Shown here: piece after piece, positions 25,130-38,029 of the stretch
How the letters are laid out: each line of letters starts with the position of its first letter
Position numbering within the stretch: the first letter of the stretch is position 1
Origin: Chiloscyllium plagiosum
Taxonomy: Eukaryota
Reading direction: 5' to 3'
Length of the DNA: 64,000 nt
Assembly (NCBI RefSeq): GCF_004010195.1
Contig: NC_057719.1
Span: 80,718,999 to 80,782,998, forward strand
Program-made: the position numbers and the translations under genes
The notes under the pieces: generated by a model
What the model was told of the DNA's origin: nothing
The model's database searches: none
What the model saw: the letters and a program-made list of their open reading frames with translations, nothing else

Positions 25130-25370
25130 CTCAGATATGTTTTTACACACCTTTGGAGCAGGGGAGACTTGAAGCCAGATATCCTGGCTCAGAGGTATGG
25201 ACACTACCACTGCACCACAACAGCCTTACTTGAATAATCTCAACGCCTCCAGATATTTTTAATCAAGCTGTTTGGTTGTGTTATGACATCTGTTCTGAAC
25301 AGATGGGACTCGAACCCAAGCTTTCTAGCTTAGAACTAGGGACATTACCATTGCATGCAACAGTCCCTAC
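25130..25370 (-). mobile_element. Two tandem remnants of a second tRNA-derived SINE family (also ~30060-30130 -, 47793-47900 +, 55968-56065 -)
   Basis: Reverse A/B boxes: ggacactaccactgcacca, gggactcgaaccca; plus copy ggtgcattgg...gggttcaagtccc at 47802-47854. Confidence 0.65.
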
Positions 25371-27276
25371 TGACCCATCGACATCTTAAGGATAGCCGCC
25401 TCTGCACACAGATTGAGACACAGCTCATTCCAATGCTATGTCCATTTTCCACCCGAATAGCAGACACAAAGCTCAGCACAGACTAATCCCTTCTCTAAAA
25501 TATTCTTGTTAAACATCCCTGCATAGAAATATGGAATGCAAATTTTTACGCAGCAGTAGTCATTATAAAATAAGCAAAGGGATGACACTGTAATTGCTAC
25601 ATTTGGTATGGGAGTAGATGAGATCCTTGAATTGGATTGAGACAATTAGGGAAATTTGCTCAATTATCTAATGAAGCAACTGACAGATCCTATTATTAAT
25701 TGAAGTGTGGTTGTGTGTGTGTGTCTAATGTTTTAGTTTGATAGGCTATAATTGGTTACACTATAGAAAGCTGAACAGTGATTGAACTGTTACAAGATTT
25801 TATGAAATGATTTACTTAGTTCACAGATGATTGTAATTAAGGTAGAGGAGTACCAGAAGGAATGGGTTCTAAGTATCTTCACCTATTCTCTTTGTATTGG
25901 CACAAGAGAAAAGGCATGACTCAAAACAGTTCATCCCTGATTTGTAAGGATTCGCTCACTAATATTACTGCTAATCTTTAGTGGAATACGGTTAGCAGCA
26001 GCAGCAGCCGCCCAGGGTCTTGGGTACAGTCTGGTCAGACCCTCAGCCTCAGAGTTCTGTAGCCCTATGAGTTGCACAAGCACAGTCGGGCAACCATTGG
26101 TCGGGGATCTGGTCTCTGACCTTTCAGAGCTGTCCAGCTCAGTCGCTCTAGACAGCGGGAAACAGTGAGCATGGGGTGTGGGCGCTCTGCCCATTAAAAG
26201 TCATGGAGAGTTGTTAGCAAAGGGCCACAACTGTACAAGGGAGACTGGGGAAACCTGACTATGGGGATTGCAGTGGGTAATCCAGAATGCATGGCTCAAT
26301 TACAATATTGAAGGTAGACTGAAGTGGGGGGAGGAAGGGGTTAACTCATCATGTAAAGGTGGGGGAATACATGGGAGGTAAAGGGGTCATTCAGGAGGGA
26401 GTGGTCATGCTGACCTTAAGGGTGACAGTGCTGTAACCAGACGAGCATATCACCCTGATACTTTACAGTGATGTGCCACCCATGCCACCAAGGTGCCCTC
26501 AGAAGCGTTTCTTTCTGGCCCTCCCTCTGTGTCTCAGTGCAGTCCCAGGGTCTGCAGTGGGGGTGGATGGGAGGAAATCCTCCCTCCAGTGAACTCTGTC
26601 AGCCTTGGTCAGAAATGCCAGGGGGTGTTCCTGTCTAAAGGGCCCAGACACATTGAGCGTGATCTTGCCTGGTTCATCTGCACTTCCTCAGCTTGAACGC
26701 CTGCAGCCAGGGTGGAAGTGGTAGACTCAGCCTGGGGTGTCCTGAGAGATTTCTTGGGGGAGACGTTGTGGGGGGGGTGGTAGAATTCAACTGTGACCGT
26801 CACTTACTCTCCTTGTGAGGAGGGACCACTTGGAGTGAGGACAGGATTCTTAGCTCCTCATTAACTCGGGAACATCTTGACTGCAAGGCTTTCAGTGTCA
26901 AGTCAAATCAATCCCAAATCCACCCATATCCACTCATCCATGTATGGTAACAGGGCGCTTATTTGATATCTCTTCAAGACCAGAAGGTCTACTCCAACAC
27001 CTACTCCCCTCACACTGTGGGAGTTGCAATTTAGTAAATTTAATTGGGAGGCGCCTACGGCACCAAATGAAGGACCCAAGCTGACCACTGAGCCTCCGTA
27101 ACAGTCGTCTGGGTAGCAACAGTGGGAGCACCTAACTCCTTGTTGACGCTGAGGTTCAATGGTGAGGGTGATGGACTGTAAGTCTATGCAAACTCCGAGT
27201 GCTGGACCTGGATCGCTTTGGCAGCTGCCAGCAAGCCCATGATTACATACCACTACGTAAACAGCATCAGTGCATC

Positions 27277-29008
27277 ACGGAGGAGCAGATTGGGAGGCAG
27301 AGTTTGGAAATGTGTAGAAGTAACAGGGTTGTTGTCATGGGTGGCTTTAACTTCCTTGAATGAATACTTTGCTTCAATATTCACTACTGAGGGGGACTTT
27401 TACATTTCTTATGACAGTGTGAAACAGTGATATGCTCAAACAGGTTGATGTTAGGAAGGAGAATGTGCCAAAAATTGTGAAAATCACAAGGATAGATAAA
27501 TTCCCTGGGCCAGGTGGGATATACTCTAGGTTACTACAGGAAGTGAGGGAAGAGATTGCTGCACCTCTGGCAATGATCTTTCCGTCCTCACTGTCCATTG
27601 CAGTAGTGCCAGTTGATTCGAGGATAGCATGTTATTCCCTTGTTCAAGAAAAAGAATAGGGATAATCCTGGGAATTACAGACCAGTCAGTCTTAGGTCAG
27701 TGGTGGGTAAAGTATTGGAGAGGATTCAGAGAGACAGGATTTATGATTACTTAGATAGTTTGATTATAATAGTCAGCATGGCTTTGTAAGGGGCAGGTCA
27801 TGCCTCACAAACCTTATTGAATTCTTTGAGGATGTGACAAACACCTTGATGAAGGTGTACATGGATTTTAATCAAGGCATTTGATAAGGTTCCCCATAAT
27901 AGGCTCATTCAGAAAATAAGGAGGCATGGGATACAGGGAAATCTGGCTGTCTGGATACAGAATTGGCTGGTCCATAGTGGGTGGTGGTAGATGGAAAGTA
28001 TTCAGCCTGGAGCTTGGTGACCAATGGTGTTCCACAGGGATCGCTTCTGGGACCTCTGCTCTTTGTAATTTTTATAAATGACTTGGATGAGGAAGTGGAA
28101 GGGTGGGTTAGTAAATTTTCCAATGACACGAAGGTTGATGGAGTGGTAGGTAGTGTGGAAGGCTGTTGTAGGTTGCAACGGGACATTGACAGGATGTAGT
28201 GCTCGGCTGATAAGTGGCAGATGGAGTTCAACTTGGAAAAGTGTGAAGTGATTCATTTTGGAAGGTTGCATTTGAATGCAGAATACAGGGTTAAAGGCAG
28301 AATACTTGCCAGTGTGGAGGAACAGAGGGATCTTGGAGTCCATGTCCATAGATCCCTCAAAGGTGCCACCCAGATTGATAGGGTTGTTAAGAAGGTGTAT
28401 GGTGTGTTGGATTTCATTTGCAGGGGGACTGGGTTTAAGAGCTGTGAGGTTATGCTGCAGCTCTATAGAGCCCTGGTTAGAGCACACTTGGAATATTGTG
28501 TTCAGTTCTAGTCACCTCATTATAGGAAAGAATGTGGAAACTTTAGAGAGGGTGCAGAGGAGATTTATCAGGATGCTGCTGGACTGGAGAGCAAGTCTTA
28601 TGAAGAAAGGTTGAGGGAGCTAGGGCTTTTCTCATTGGAGTGAAGGAAGTTGAGAGGTGACTTGATAGAGGTGTGCAAGATTATGAGAGGCACAGGTAGA
28701 ATGGATAGCCAGAAATGTTTTCCTAGGGCGGAATTGTTTATCAAAAGGGGCATAATTTTAATGTAATTGGAAGAAGGCATCGGGAGATGTCAGAGGCTGG
28801 TTCTTTACACAGAGAGTGGTGGGATGCACTGCCAGCACTGGTTGTAGAGGCAGATATATTAGGGACATTTAAGCAGCTCTTGGATTGGCACATGGATGAT
28901 AGTACAATGAGGGGAATGGAGGTTAGTCTGATTTTAGAGTAGGATAAAAGGCCGGCACAACATCGAGGTCCGAAGAGCCTGTATTGTGCTGTACTGTTCT
29001 ATGTTCTA
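27277..29008 (+). mobile_element. CR1 LINE ORF2 (short EN piece fused to RT and 3' end)
   Basis: EEQIGRQ..RVVVMG, NYRPVSL, GVPQGSLLGP, KFSNDTK, LEYCVQF; (TTCTATG)-type tail. Confidence 0.9.
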
Positions 29009-29467
29009 ATGCAGTGCTACAACATTTCCGTTGCATTGCCCAGTGCACCTGGCAAAGCTGCCTACCTGTGTCTGTCTGTGCGTGTCGATGATTTCCCTGA
29101 TTTCAGACGCCATAGGCTCCTCTCCTGCCTGGGGCGGAGCAGGTTCCTGGTGTCTGGCAGTCCTCCCACTGCCAGCAACCTGGGGCGTTTCTACCACGAA
29201 TGAGGTGTCAGTATTTGAGCTGGTAGGTGCCTCTGTCCCCCCTTCGCTGGTGCATCCTCCAAGCTGCTTCCTCACGGAGGAAGAGACAATCACTGGCAGG
29301 GTGGGCCTGTTGACAGCAGCTACAATGCTGTGAGAATCTTCCAGACACAGGAGAGAGAATGTTCACCAATGGGATAGGAGATAGGGCATGTTAATAACAC
29401 AGTGCGGATAATGGGAGGAGGCAAAACAATGAAGATCCTTATTTTATTGGCTAGATCGTGGATGCTT

Positions 29468-29507
29468 CGGGGGCGGGGGGGCGGGGGGGGGGGGGGGGGG
29501 GGGGGGG
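29468..29507 (+). repeat. Poly-G tract; (GA)n nearby at 29561-29580
   Basis: Direct reading. Confidence 0.9.
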
Positions 29508-30864
29508 ATGGAGGTGAGGCAAGTAAATAATGGGCATGTGAGGGACGATATTGCATGCAGGAGAGAGAGAGAGAGAGAGATCATGAGCCTTGGTGGGGAG
29601 GGTGAAGTGGCCGAGACAGAGTGAATGTGATGACGGTGCCTTTTCTGGCAGTGCTGAGATCCTCACCAACCTTCGTGTGGCATTGTTACACATTATCAAA
29701 ACGGGGAGACTCACTCCATGATCTCACCGACGGGAGTTTGAAAGTGGTCCATCTGATCTCTCGTGCAGATAAAAGATTCCATGATATTATTTTGAGGTTG
29801 GGAAGGAATTTCGCCTCCCCTCCCCCACACCCCCACAGAGTGACATGACCAAAATATAATTTTCTTAACCAATATGACAAAAAACATACTGCATAACCTT
29901 TTGTGGGGTCTTGCTATGTGCACATCAGCTACCCCACTTCCCAAATTACAAGAGCTTATTTTGTATCTGCACTCAAAATTTCTTTCCCTTTAGGGAATGG
30001 TGGAAGGATTTATAAACTGATTATTGACCAGCGTCATGGCCAGTCCTCATGTGGCTAACAAGCCCTATATAAAAGGGACTTGAATCTGAAGCTTCTAGCT
30101 CAGAGACTGCATCACTATCTATTGAACCATAATACTATCATGTAAAACAGTGACTACACTTAATTGCTATAAAGCGCTTTGGGACATTGTGAAAGATGTT
30201 CTATGAATACAAGCTTCCTCTTCCAATTACACATAGCAACTATAGCTGCACAATATTTTATAGAATAGGTAGCAATTCCCTTTCAAGAGGTTTATAGGCT
30301 ACTCTTTCCTTCCAAATCTGTATTTCATTCTACGTTTACATCGTCAAAAAATTTTCCTTTGCCATATCCAATCAGATGCCATTCAGAACAGTTATACATA
30401 ATCAATAGCTCAATGTAGAATTCGATCCAAAGTAAATTGTCTTCTGCTCTGGTGAGTAGTTTCTTGAGCGTACCGATTCAATGAAAGGTACCACATCTTG
30501 GTTGAAACATATAATTTACTGGCATCGACACAGAAAAGATATGATTCATAGTGTTGGAGGAAGGAGACCCACTATGCACAACTGTTATTGTCACAGTTAA
30601 TGTCAGCACAAAGAGCTTAAAAAAAGAGAAAATAGGTCTTCCATAACTTCAGGATATCCAAAGTAGTTTGAAAGCAATGGAGCACACACGATAATCACTG
30701 CTGTAATCAAGGCAATTTGGCATTTGAATTGCACACTGTAAATTCCCACAAACAGCAATGCTATAGCAACAACTTGCATTTTATAGCTAGCTTTTAATGT
30801 AGTAAAAAGGTGGAGAGGGTGCCTCACAGAAGCGTTATCAAATAAACTTTGGCACAGAGCTACA

Positions 30865-32030
30865 TTGGGACTGAAGTAGGTCATTCAGTCCCTCAAGCCT
30901 GTCTACCATTCAGTAAGATCCGAGATCTGAGGGCTAACTCCATTACCAACTGATACTGCACCCTTTGCCATTTCTGGACGAGAGTTCCAAACATCTATCA
31001 TCCTTTGTGTGTCAAACTGCTTCCTGATATCTCTCCTGAATGGACTGGCCTCAGTTTTTAGATTATGCCCCCTCGTTCTAGAATCCCTAACTAGTGGAAA
31101 TAGTTTTTCTACCCTGTCTTATTCCTGTTAATATCTTGAAGATAGCAAGCAAACACACCTTAACCTTCTGAATCCGAGAGAAAACAGACCGAATTTGTAT
31201 AATCTCTCCTTGTAACTTGGGTTAAGTACTGGTTATCATTTCTGTAAACCCACATTGTACTCCCTCTGAGGCTAATGTATCACTCTTAAAGTACAATGCC
31301 CAGATCTGCTCAGAGTACTCCAAGTAGGGTCTAACCAAGGATTTGTATAACTGCTGCATAACTTGCATTCTTGTATTCCAGTCCACTAGGCCAGAATTTC
31401 ATTTGCTTTCTTGAATATTGTCTGCACCTGTCTGTGACATTTTAAAGATATATACACCTGAAACCCCAGGTCTCTTTGGACATCCCATACCAGCTTCATA
31501 CCATCTCACTCTATCCTTTCTCAGTCCAAAATGGATAACCTCACACTTGCTTACAATGAACTCCATCTGCCATTGTTTTGCCCATTCACTTAGTGTAAAA
31601 TTACAAAGGGATATTAATAGATATCATTCTACAGTCTTCCAAGCCACTTAACTTGGTGTCATCAGTAAATTTGGATATATGACTTTCTATGCCATAAGCC
31701 AAATTGGTAATAAATGATGTGAATAATTGAAGACCTAACATAGATCTTTGTGGGACCCCAATAGTCACATCCTGTCAATTTGAATACATATCCAAAATCC
31801 TTGCTTTCTGTCACCTGCCACTCAACCAATTTCCCAGTCATGTCAGTGAGTACCCCTCCATTCTATGGATTTCTATCTCAATTTCTTATGAGAGGCTTTA
31901 GCAAATGGTTTCTGAAAGTTCATATGAACACTCCCCATTGACATTCTCCTGACCAATACCTTAGTCACCTCTGCAAAAGCTTCAGTGAGGTTTGTCAGAC
32001 ATGCCCTACCTATCACGAATCCATACATAT
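30865..32030 (-). mobile_element. Old CR1 RT/3' fragment
   Basis: Reverse SKFTDDTK, GVPQRS, VRPYLEY, RGHNLK motifs. Confidence 0.75.
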
Positions 32031-32333
32031 AAGTATATATTTAGACAGATGTCCAGATGGCCTTGGTTAAAGAGAATTGTTTTCAGGTGTGCTTTTAAAG
32101 AGGAGAGGTAGGGGGGAAGAGATGCTCAGTGAGTGAATTTGAAAATATAGAACTCAGGCAGATAAAAGCACCGTCACCGCTTGGAGAGGACTCAAATCAG
32201 ATGTGTTAAATGCACAATTTAGAGTAATGCAGAGATCTTGCAGGGCTAAAGGAGATTTCAGAGCTAGGGAAAAAACAGAGAGAGGTGTTGCTGGAAAAGC
32301 GCAGCGGGTCAGGCAGCATCCAAGGAGCAGGAG

Positions 32334-32369
32334 AATCGACGTTTCGGGCATAAGCCCTTCTTCAGGAAT
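32334..32369 (-). ncRNA. Minimal hammerhead ribozyme motif, intact core
   Basis: ATTC-CTGAAGA-A-GGGC-TTAT-GCCC-GAAAC-GTC-GATT on the minus strand. Confidence 0.75.
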
Positions 32370-33119
32370 GAGGAGGGTGTGCCAAGCAGGCTAAGATAAA
32401 AGGTAGGGAGGAGGGACTTGGGGTAGGGGCGTTGGGAATGCGATAGATGGAAGGATGTTAATGTGAGGGTGATAGGCCGGAGAGGGGGTGGGGGCGGAGA
32501 GGTTTGGAGTAGCCATGGGCACCCGCATGGGCCCCAGCTATGCCTGCCTCTTCGTCGGATATGTGGAACAGTCCATCTTCCGCAGCTACACTGGCACCAC
32601 CCCCCACCTTTTCCTCTGCTACAAATTCACCTGCACCTCCACACACATCATTTACTGCATCCGCTGCACCCGATGTGGCCTCCTCTACATTAGGGAGACA
32701 GGCCACCTACTTGTGGAACGTTTCAGAGAACACCTCTGGGAAAACCGCACCAACCAACCCAACCGCCCTGTGGCTGAACACTTCAGCTCCCCCTCCCACT
32801 CCGCTAAGGACATGCAGGTCCTTGGCCTCCTCCATCGCCAGACCATGGCAACATGACGCCTGGAGGAAGAGCACCTCATCTCCCGCCTAGGAACCCTCCA
32901 ACCACAAGGGATGAATGCAGATTTCTCCAGCTTCCTTATTTCCCCTCCCCCCACCTTACCTCAGTCCCAACCCTCGGACTCAGCACCGCCTTCTTGACCT
33001 GCAATCTTCTTCCCGACCTCTCCGGCCTATCACCCTCACCTTAACCTCCTTTCACCTATCGCATTCCCAACCCCCCTCCCCCCTAACTTTTATCTTAGCC
33101 TGCTTGGCACACCCTCCTC

Positions 33120-33155
33120 ATTCCTGAAGAAGGGCTTATGCCCGAAATGTCGATT
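33120..33155 (+). ncRNA. Minimal hammerhead ribozyme motif (GAAAT variant)
   Basis: ATTC-CTGAAGA-A-GGGC-TTAT-GCCC-GAAAT-GTC-GATT. Confidence 0.6.
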
Positions 33156-33338
33156 CTCCTGCTCCTTGGATACTGCCTGACCTGCTGCGCTTTTCCAGCA
33201 ACACATTTTTCAGCTCTGATCTGCAGCATCTGCAGTCCTCACTTTCTCCTAAAAAACAGAAAGACTGTGGCCAAATTTGAAATTAAGGAAGAGAATATTC
33301 AAACTGGGATGAAATATTGAACCAAGAATCAATGTAAA

Positions 33339-33482
33339 TAGAGTCATAGAGATGTACAGCACGGAAACAGACCCTTCGGTCCAACCCGTCCATTCTGACC
33401 AGATATCCCAACCCAATCCAGTCCCACCTGCCAGCACCCAGCCCATATCCCTCCAAACCCTTCCTATTCATATACCCATCCA
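33339..33482 (-). mobile_element. CR1 3' terminal fragment
   Basis: Reverse complement of 53170-53315. Confidence 0.9.
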
Positions 33483-33704
33483 AATTGGTAATGTTCTCAC
33501 TATAAAGGAAGTCCTGAAGCAGTCCTTGCTCTTTATTATGTATGAGAGGGATTTAATAGTACCCTCTATTGAACAGTGAAACATTAGCTATGTACAGCGA
33601 CAACAAGATTCAGTCTTCCTAACATTTAGTTATAGAAATGTTTTGCTTAAATGAATCAGTCAAGTCAGTGGGATAAATCAGGGATGGTAAAGGTGCTGAG
33701 TGCA

Positions 33705-33930
33705 GGTAATCTGTTCTTGGTGATGTAGGACAGTGGGGAAAACTCCTTTGATCTTCCTTGAAATAGTGCACTGGGATCTTTATATTCACCAGAGAAGATA
33801 GATGTGACCTTGTTAAAACAGTTCAACAAAATGATAACCACTTCCCAAGTATTCCCAAGTACCCAGGAGTATAAGCCTGAATATTTCTGTCTAAGTCTCT
33901 TGGGTTGCCTTGAACCCATGACCGTCCAAA
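33705..33930 (-). mobile_element. Deu-domain SINE remnant
   Basis: gaaatagtgcactgggatctttatattcacc...gttaaaac; tRNA-like head ttgaacccatgacc. Confidence 0.55.
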
Positions 33931-34040
33931 CCAAAGGCATAGCAACACTACAGAGATTTCTGTAAAATCATACGCCAAGGGGAAACAATAATTTGCTCCC
34001 AAATATTACTAAACCTCTTGATTTTTTTTAACAAAATGGC

Positions 34041-34183
34041 CACAGTGTGGAAACAGGCCCTTCGGTCCACACCGGACTTCCGAAGAGTAACCCATTCCCC
34101 TACATTTACCCCTGACTAATGCACCTAACCTAGACATCCCTGAACACTACAGGCAATTTAGCATGGCCAACTCACCTAACCTA
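34041..34183 (-). mobile_element. HE1 SINE 3' fragment
   Basis: cagtgtggaaacaggcccttcgg...ggcaatttagcatggcc. Confidence 0.8.
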
Positions 34184-35228
34184 ATTTTGTTTCAGGTCAG
34201 GCTACTGTCAGGAATTAAGACTAAGAAATTGTTAAGTGAATCCATTTATACTCACTCAAGGACATTTTAGCTCACTCTCCAGGTACACATTCACTCTCAG
34301 AATTCATGAGGATGAATTGCTGCACCAGTTGGTTACAGTTCACACTCACCATTAGGCTTCCTACACTTACTTCCGAGGGATTTCCTCAATGGCTTTCCCA
34401 ATCTTGGATGAAGTAATTGATAAGTAAATAGGGGTTTCTTCTAAACTGACAGCGGTTGATGAGAAGAATGCAACAGAAAAGCCTTTGTCAACCATTTGGT
34501 TTAATATGGCAAATAATTGCTTTGAGATGCTGGAGGGCTCTTGTCACCAGTGCTTTCAATAGAAAGCTGGAGGAAGATTCAAAAAGGGGGTAAAAAGACT
34601 TTTACTGCAAATAATCAAACAACACCATCAGCGAGCGCATATTTCCTGAACTATTCCAGTGACACTCCCTGCAAGTTCCTTTCTAAATAAAACATTTCTA
34701 CACAATAATCATAAGCCCCTGGGGAAGGAAACTAATGGGCTTCAATTTTCTACCATTCCACGACAGCTTCAATTTGTCTCATCCACTGAAAACAATTTGG
34801 TGACACAGTTTGTTGAGAAATGTGTTGCTGAGCAAAAGACTTACCTTGCTCGTTATTTTATTTTAAGAAAAGGGCTATTCAGTACGTTTTGTATTTTAAG
34901 AAACAAAGTGCTTTGAGTTATATTGCAGCTTTCATGGGCTTTGGGCAAACCAAAGTGCTTCAGTCAATGAAAGTGGCTTTCCAGCATCAACGCTATTGTA
35001 AACGAAGCAACCAATTTGCGCCAAGGAAATCTCCAGAGGTGCCAATTTGTGTTAGTGATGTTCAACATATGACCAGCATACAGGGGATCATCTTTCTGTG
35101 TAATAATGCCATGGGGTCTTTTGCAGGCTTCTGAGAAGGTAGCTGGGGCATTACTTTCATGTGTCACCTGAAAATGAGCATACCAACTATACAGCGTTGG
35201 TAAGGATTTTGTGTTCAAGTCATGGATA

Positions 35229-35351
35229 AAGGGCTTATGCCCGAAAAGTTGACTCTCCTGTTCCTTGGATGTTGCCTGACCTGCTTGCTTTTTCCAGTGC
35301 CACACTTTCCGACTCTGACTCTCCAGCATCTGCAGTCCTCATGTTTTCCTC
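35229..35351 (+). mobile_element. Short PLE family A pLTR, truncated inside the hammerhead
   Basis: aagggcttatgcccgaaa...ctccagcatctgcagtcctca. Confidence 0.8.
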
Positions 35352-35436
35352 GTTTATAAAGACATTTGTCACAAAACTGATGATATTCGTCCGTAGCGTA
35401 CTGTGGATACTGCTCTGTGAAGGAATCAGTGTAAAG

Positions 35437-35825
35437 ATAGAGCTATTCCCCCGGAGTATCGGATGCTGAGGGGTGACCTTTTTTGAGGTTTATAAAATCA
35501 TGAGGGGTATGGATTGGGTGAACAGCCAAGGTCTATTTCCCCAAGGGTGGGGGAGCCCAACACCGGAGGGCATAGGTTTAAGGTGAGAGGAGAATGAGTT
35601 AAAAGAGACCTAAAGGGCAGATTTTTCATGCAAAGGATGGTGCATGTATGTAATGAGCTGCCAGAAGAGGTGGAGGAGGCTGGTACTTGACAACATCTGG
35701 ATGAGTACATGAATAGGAAGGCTTTAGATGGATGAGGCCCAAATTATGGCAAATAGAATTTAATTAGTTTATGATATCTGGTCAGCATGGACCGAAGGGT
35801 CTGTTTCTGTGCTGTTTGACTCTAA
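35437..35825 (+). mobile_element. CR1 3' fragment
   Basis: Similar to 52900-53315. Confidence 0.8.
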
Positions 35826-37254
35826 ATCTAGCTAAAATCAGCTGACCATGAGGGACTAATGGGCTAAAAGAGGTATTTTCCTTTAAATAAGAACTTAAAA
35901 ATTAAATAAAGTTCATTTGTTTCAAAGATTAAGCGCAGTTCACATTACACAGCCATGAGCCCCTGCATGGAGGTACGTCCTCAAACAAAGGACAACCTCT
36001 AAGAAATGAAATCCATATGCAAAGTCACAGAGGAAAACGTCAGGAAGATTACCACTCTGTCGTATTTAATAATACGATTTTATACTGATAACCCTAAAAT
36101 AATCACTCTTGTTTTTACAAAGCTAGCCCAACCCAAACTTGTTAATTATCTTAAAGCATAGCTAGAAAACTAATGGAAAACAATGTTTAGACTCCTAGCA
36201 GCCTGATTTCCTTAGAATCAACTCAGAAATTAATTGCTACGTAAACTTCTTTCAGAATTAAAGGGGGTGGATCTTACTTTGGAATGAGCATATTGGCACA
36301 TAAGGTGGCTAGACTTCATTACAAGTAAGATTACCACCTACATACATGAGAAATTAGTTACATATCCTCAAGCAACCCTATTAATATTGAGAGCACACAT
36401 TGGAATTTTAAATTTCCAGTATTTATTTTGACATCAGAGAAAAACTGTTGATGTTCAAAGAAGCGAGCTCTCTCCCAGCTGAGGCTGTAATTTTACTCAC
36501 TCTGCTCTCTTCACTTAGAGAGTAAAATACATTCTGCTTTAGTAATGCTAGATTCCTTACGTAAAATAATTTACTGTTTCAACAATTAAACCTTAAAATT
36601 GGATTGCCGTTTAGAAAGCAGACTATATTTACACTTTGCATAGAATTTTTGCAACATGATTGTATCCTCAGTAGTGTGTACATTTTGGAATTAATATTAT
36701 GTCGTGTAAGCTTTTGTATTGCCAATTCAGGAATCCAACCTTGTACTGTTTGGTGGAAACAGGGATCTATTACTGCAGAATTATTCCTGGATACTTTAAT
36801 ATCAGCAAGATGATAATATGCCTGAAATGAGTTAAAAGGCTTGCAGATGTGGGCATCATTGGCTAACCAGCTTTTATTGCCCATACCTAGTTGCCCTCGA
36901 GATGGTGGATGATTGTGGATGTGGTGCCAATCAATGGCTGATTTGTCCTGGATGGTGTCAAGCTTCTTGAGTGTTGTTGGAGCTGCACCCAGCCAGACAA
37001 GTGAATGAACGGATCAATGATTTTTATTGTCACATGTATTTGGGAAAATGCAGTGAAAACTGATTTGTCGCCACAATCTGGCGCTGTTTTGAAATACAAA
37101 ATGAAATAAAAAGAAATTACCTAATTGCAGGAGAAATTTACAGGTGCGCATATGGAATGAGCTGCTGGCGGAAGTAGTCGAGGTGGGTACATTAACAATA
37201 TTTAAATCGCATTTGGACAATTGCATAGATAGGAAAGGATTAGAAGGATTTGGA

Positions 37255-37341
37255 TTAGCGTGGTGCTGGAAAAGCACAGCAGGTCAGGCAGTATCCGAGG
37301 AGCAGGAAAATTGACGTTTCAAGCAAAAGACCTTCATCAGG
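37255..37341 (-). mobile_element. Short PLE family A pLTR inside a CR1 3' end (37140-37423)
   Basis: Minus CTGATGA..GAAACGTC with damaged stem II. Confidence 0.75.
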
Positions 37342-37423
37342 CCAAGTGCAGGGAAATGGGGTTAGTGTGGACAGACATTATGGGCAGCATGATCCAGTTT
37401 GGGCCAAAGGGCCTGTCTCCATG

Positions 37424-37570
37424 TTAAATTAGATTACTTACAGTGTGGAAACAAGCCCTTCAGCCCAACAAGTCCACACCGACCCGCCGAAGAGCAACCC
37501 ACCCAGACCCATTCCCCTACACTTACCCCTTCACCTAACACTATGGGCAATTTAGCGTGGCCAATTCACA
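37424..37570 (-). mobile_element. HE1 SINE 3' fragment
   Basis: Matches 50505-50640. Confidence 0.85.
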
Positions 37571-38029
37571 TGGCACTCTATTACTCTAAGAGAACTTCAT
37601 CTTCTGTTCAGAAAAACATAACAACAGAAAAATAAGAAATAATATTCAACTTTACAGTCCATTTTATCAAGCAGAGCTCCGGGACCTCTGTAAGGTGCTC
37701 CGGTCTTTGGGGTCGCAATGAGCCCTCAGTCCTGGTCCAGCTGAATGCCCCAGGAGTCCCCAGTTCTGCTGTTGCTGCCTCACCAACATTCACTAGGTTC
37801 CATTGCAGGCCCCACCACACAGCTCAGGTTGCAGCCACCGCCACACTCTAGTCCCACTCCAGCCTCCTCCACCACCACTGACAAGAAGATGATGAAGAAG
37901 ATGATAAAGAAGGAGAAAGAAGATGAAAAGGAAGGAGAAAGGAGGATGCTGTGAGCTGGAGTGTACGGAATCAGCAACCCAAATGCCACCTACCTTGATA
38001 GCACTGTCACCTTGGTAAGAAAGTGGGAT

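Larger units (their letters stand above)
26500..29790 (-). mobile_element. Probable PIF/Harbinger Myb/SANT-like gene remnant, split by a CR1
   Basis: QCHTKVGEDLSTARK (~29640-29685) resembles the Myb/SANT QCRKKxNDL motif; downstream APTSSNTDTS and DLQSITLTI low-complexity segments; many stops. Confidence 0.4.
32284..33250 (+). mobile_element. Penelope-like element family A (Neptune-like): inverted 5' pLTR, deleted RT/GIY-YIG, 3' pLTR
   Basis: GVAMGTRMGPSYACLFVGYVE (PLE RT) joined to FTCTSTHIIYCIRCTRCGLLYIRET..RFREH (GIY-YIG); TSD aaaaaacaga(g/a)aga at 32270-32283 / 33251-33264. Confidence 0.9.

Noticed and set aside
37695..37990. Lys/Glu-rich or Pro-rich coding exon
   Set aside because: Low-complexity purine tract with no splice support; probably an unclassified repeat end
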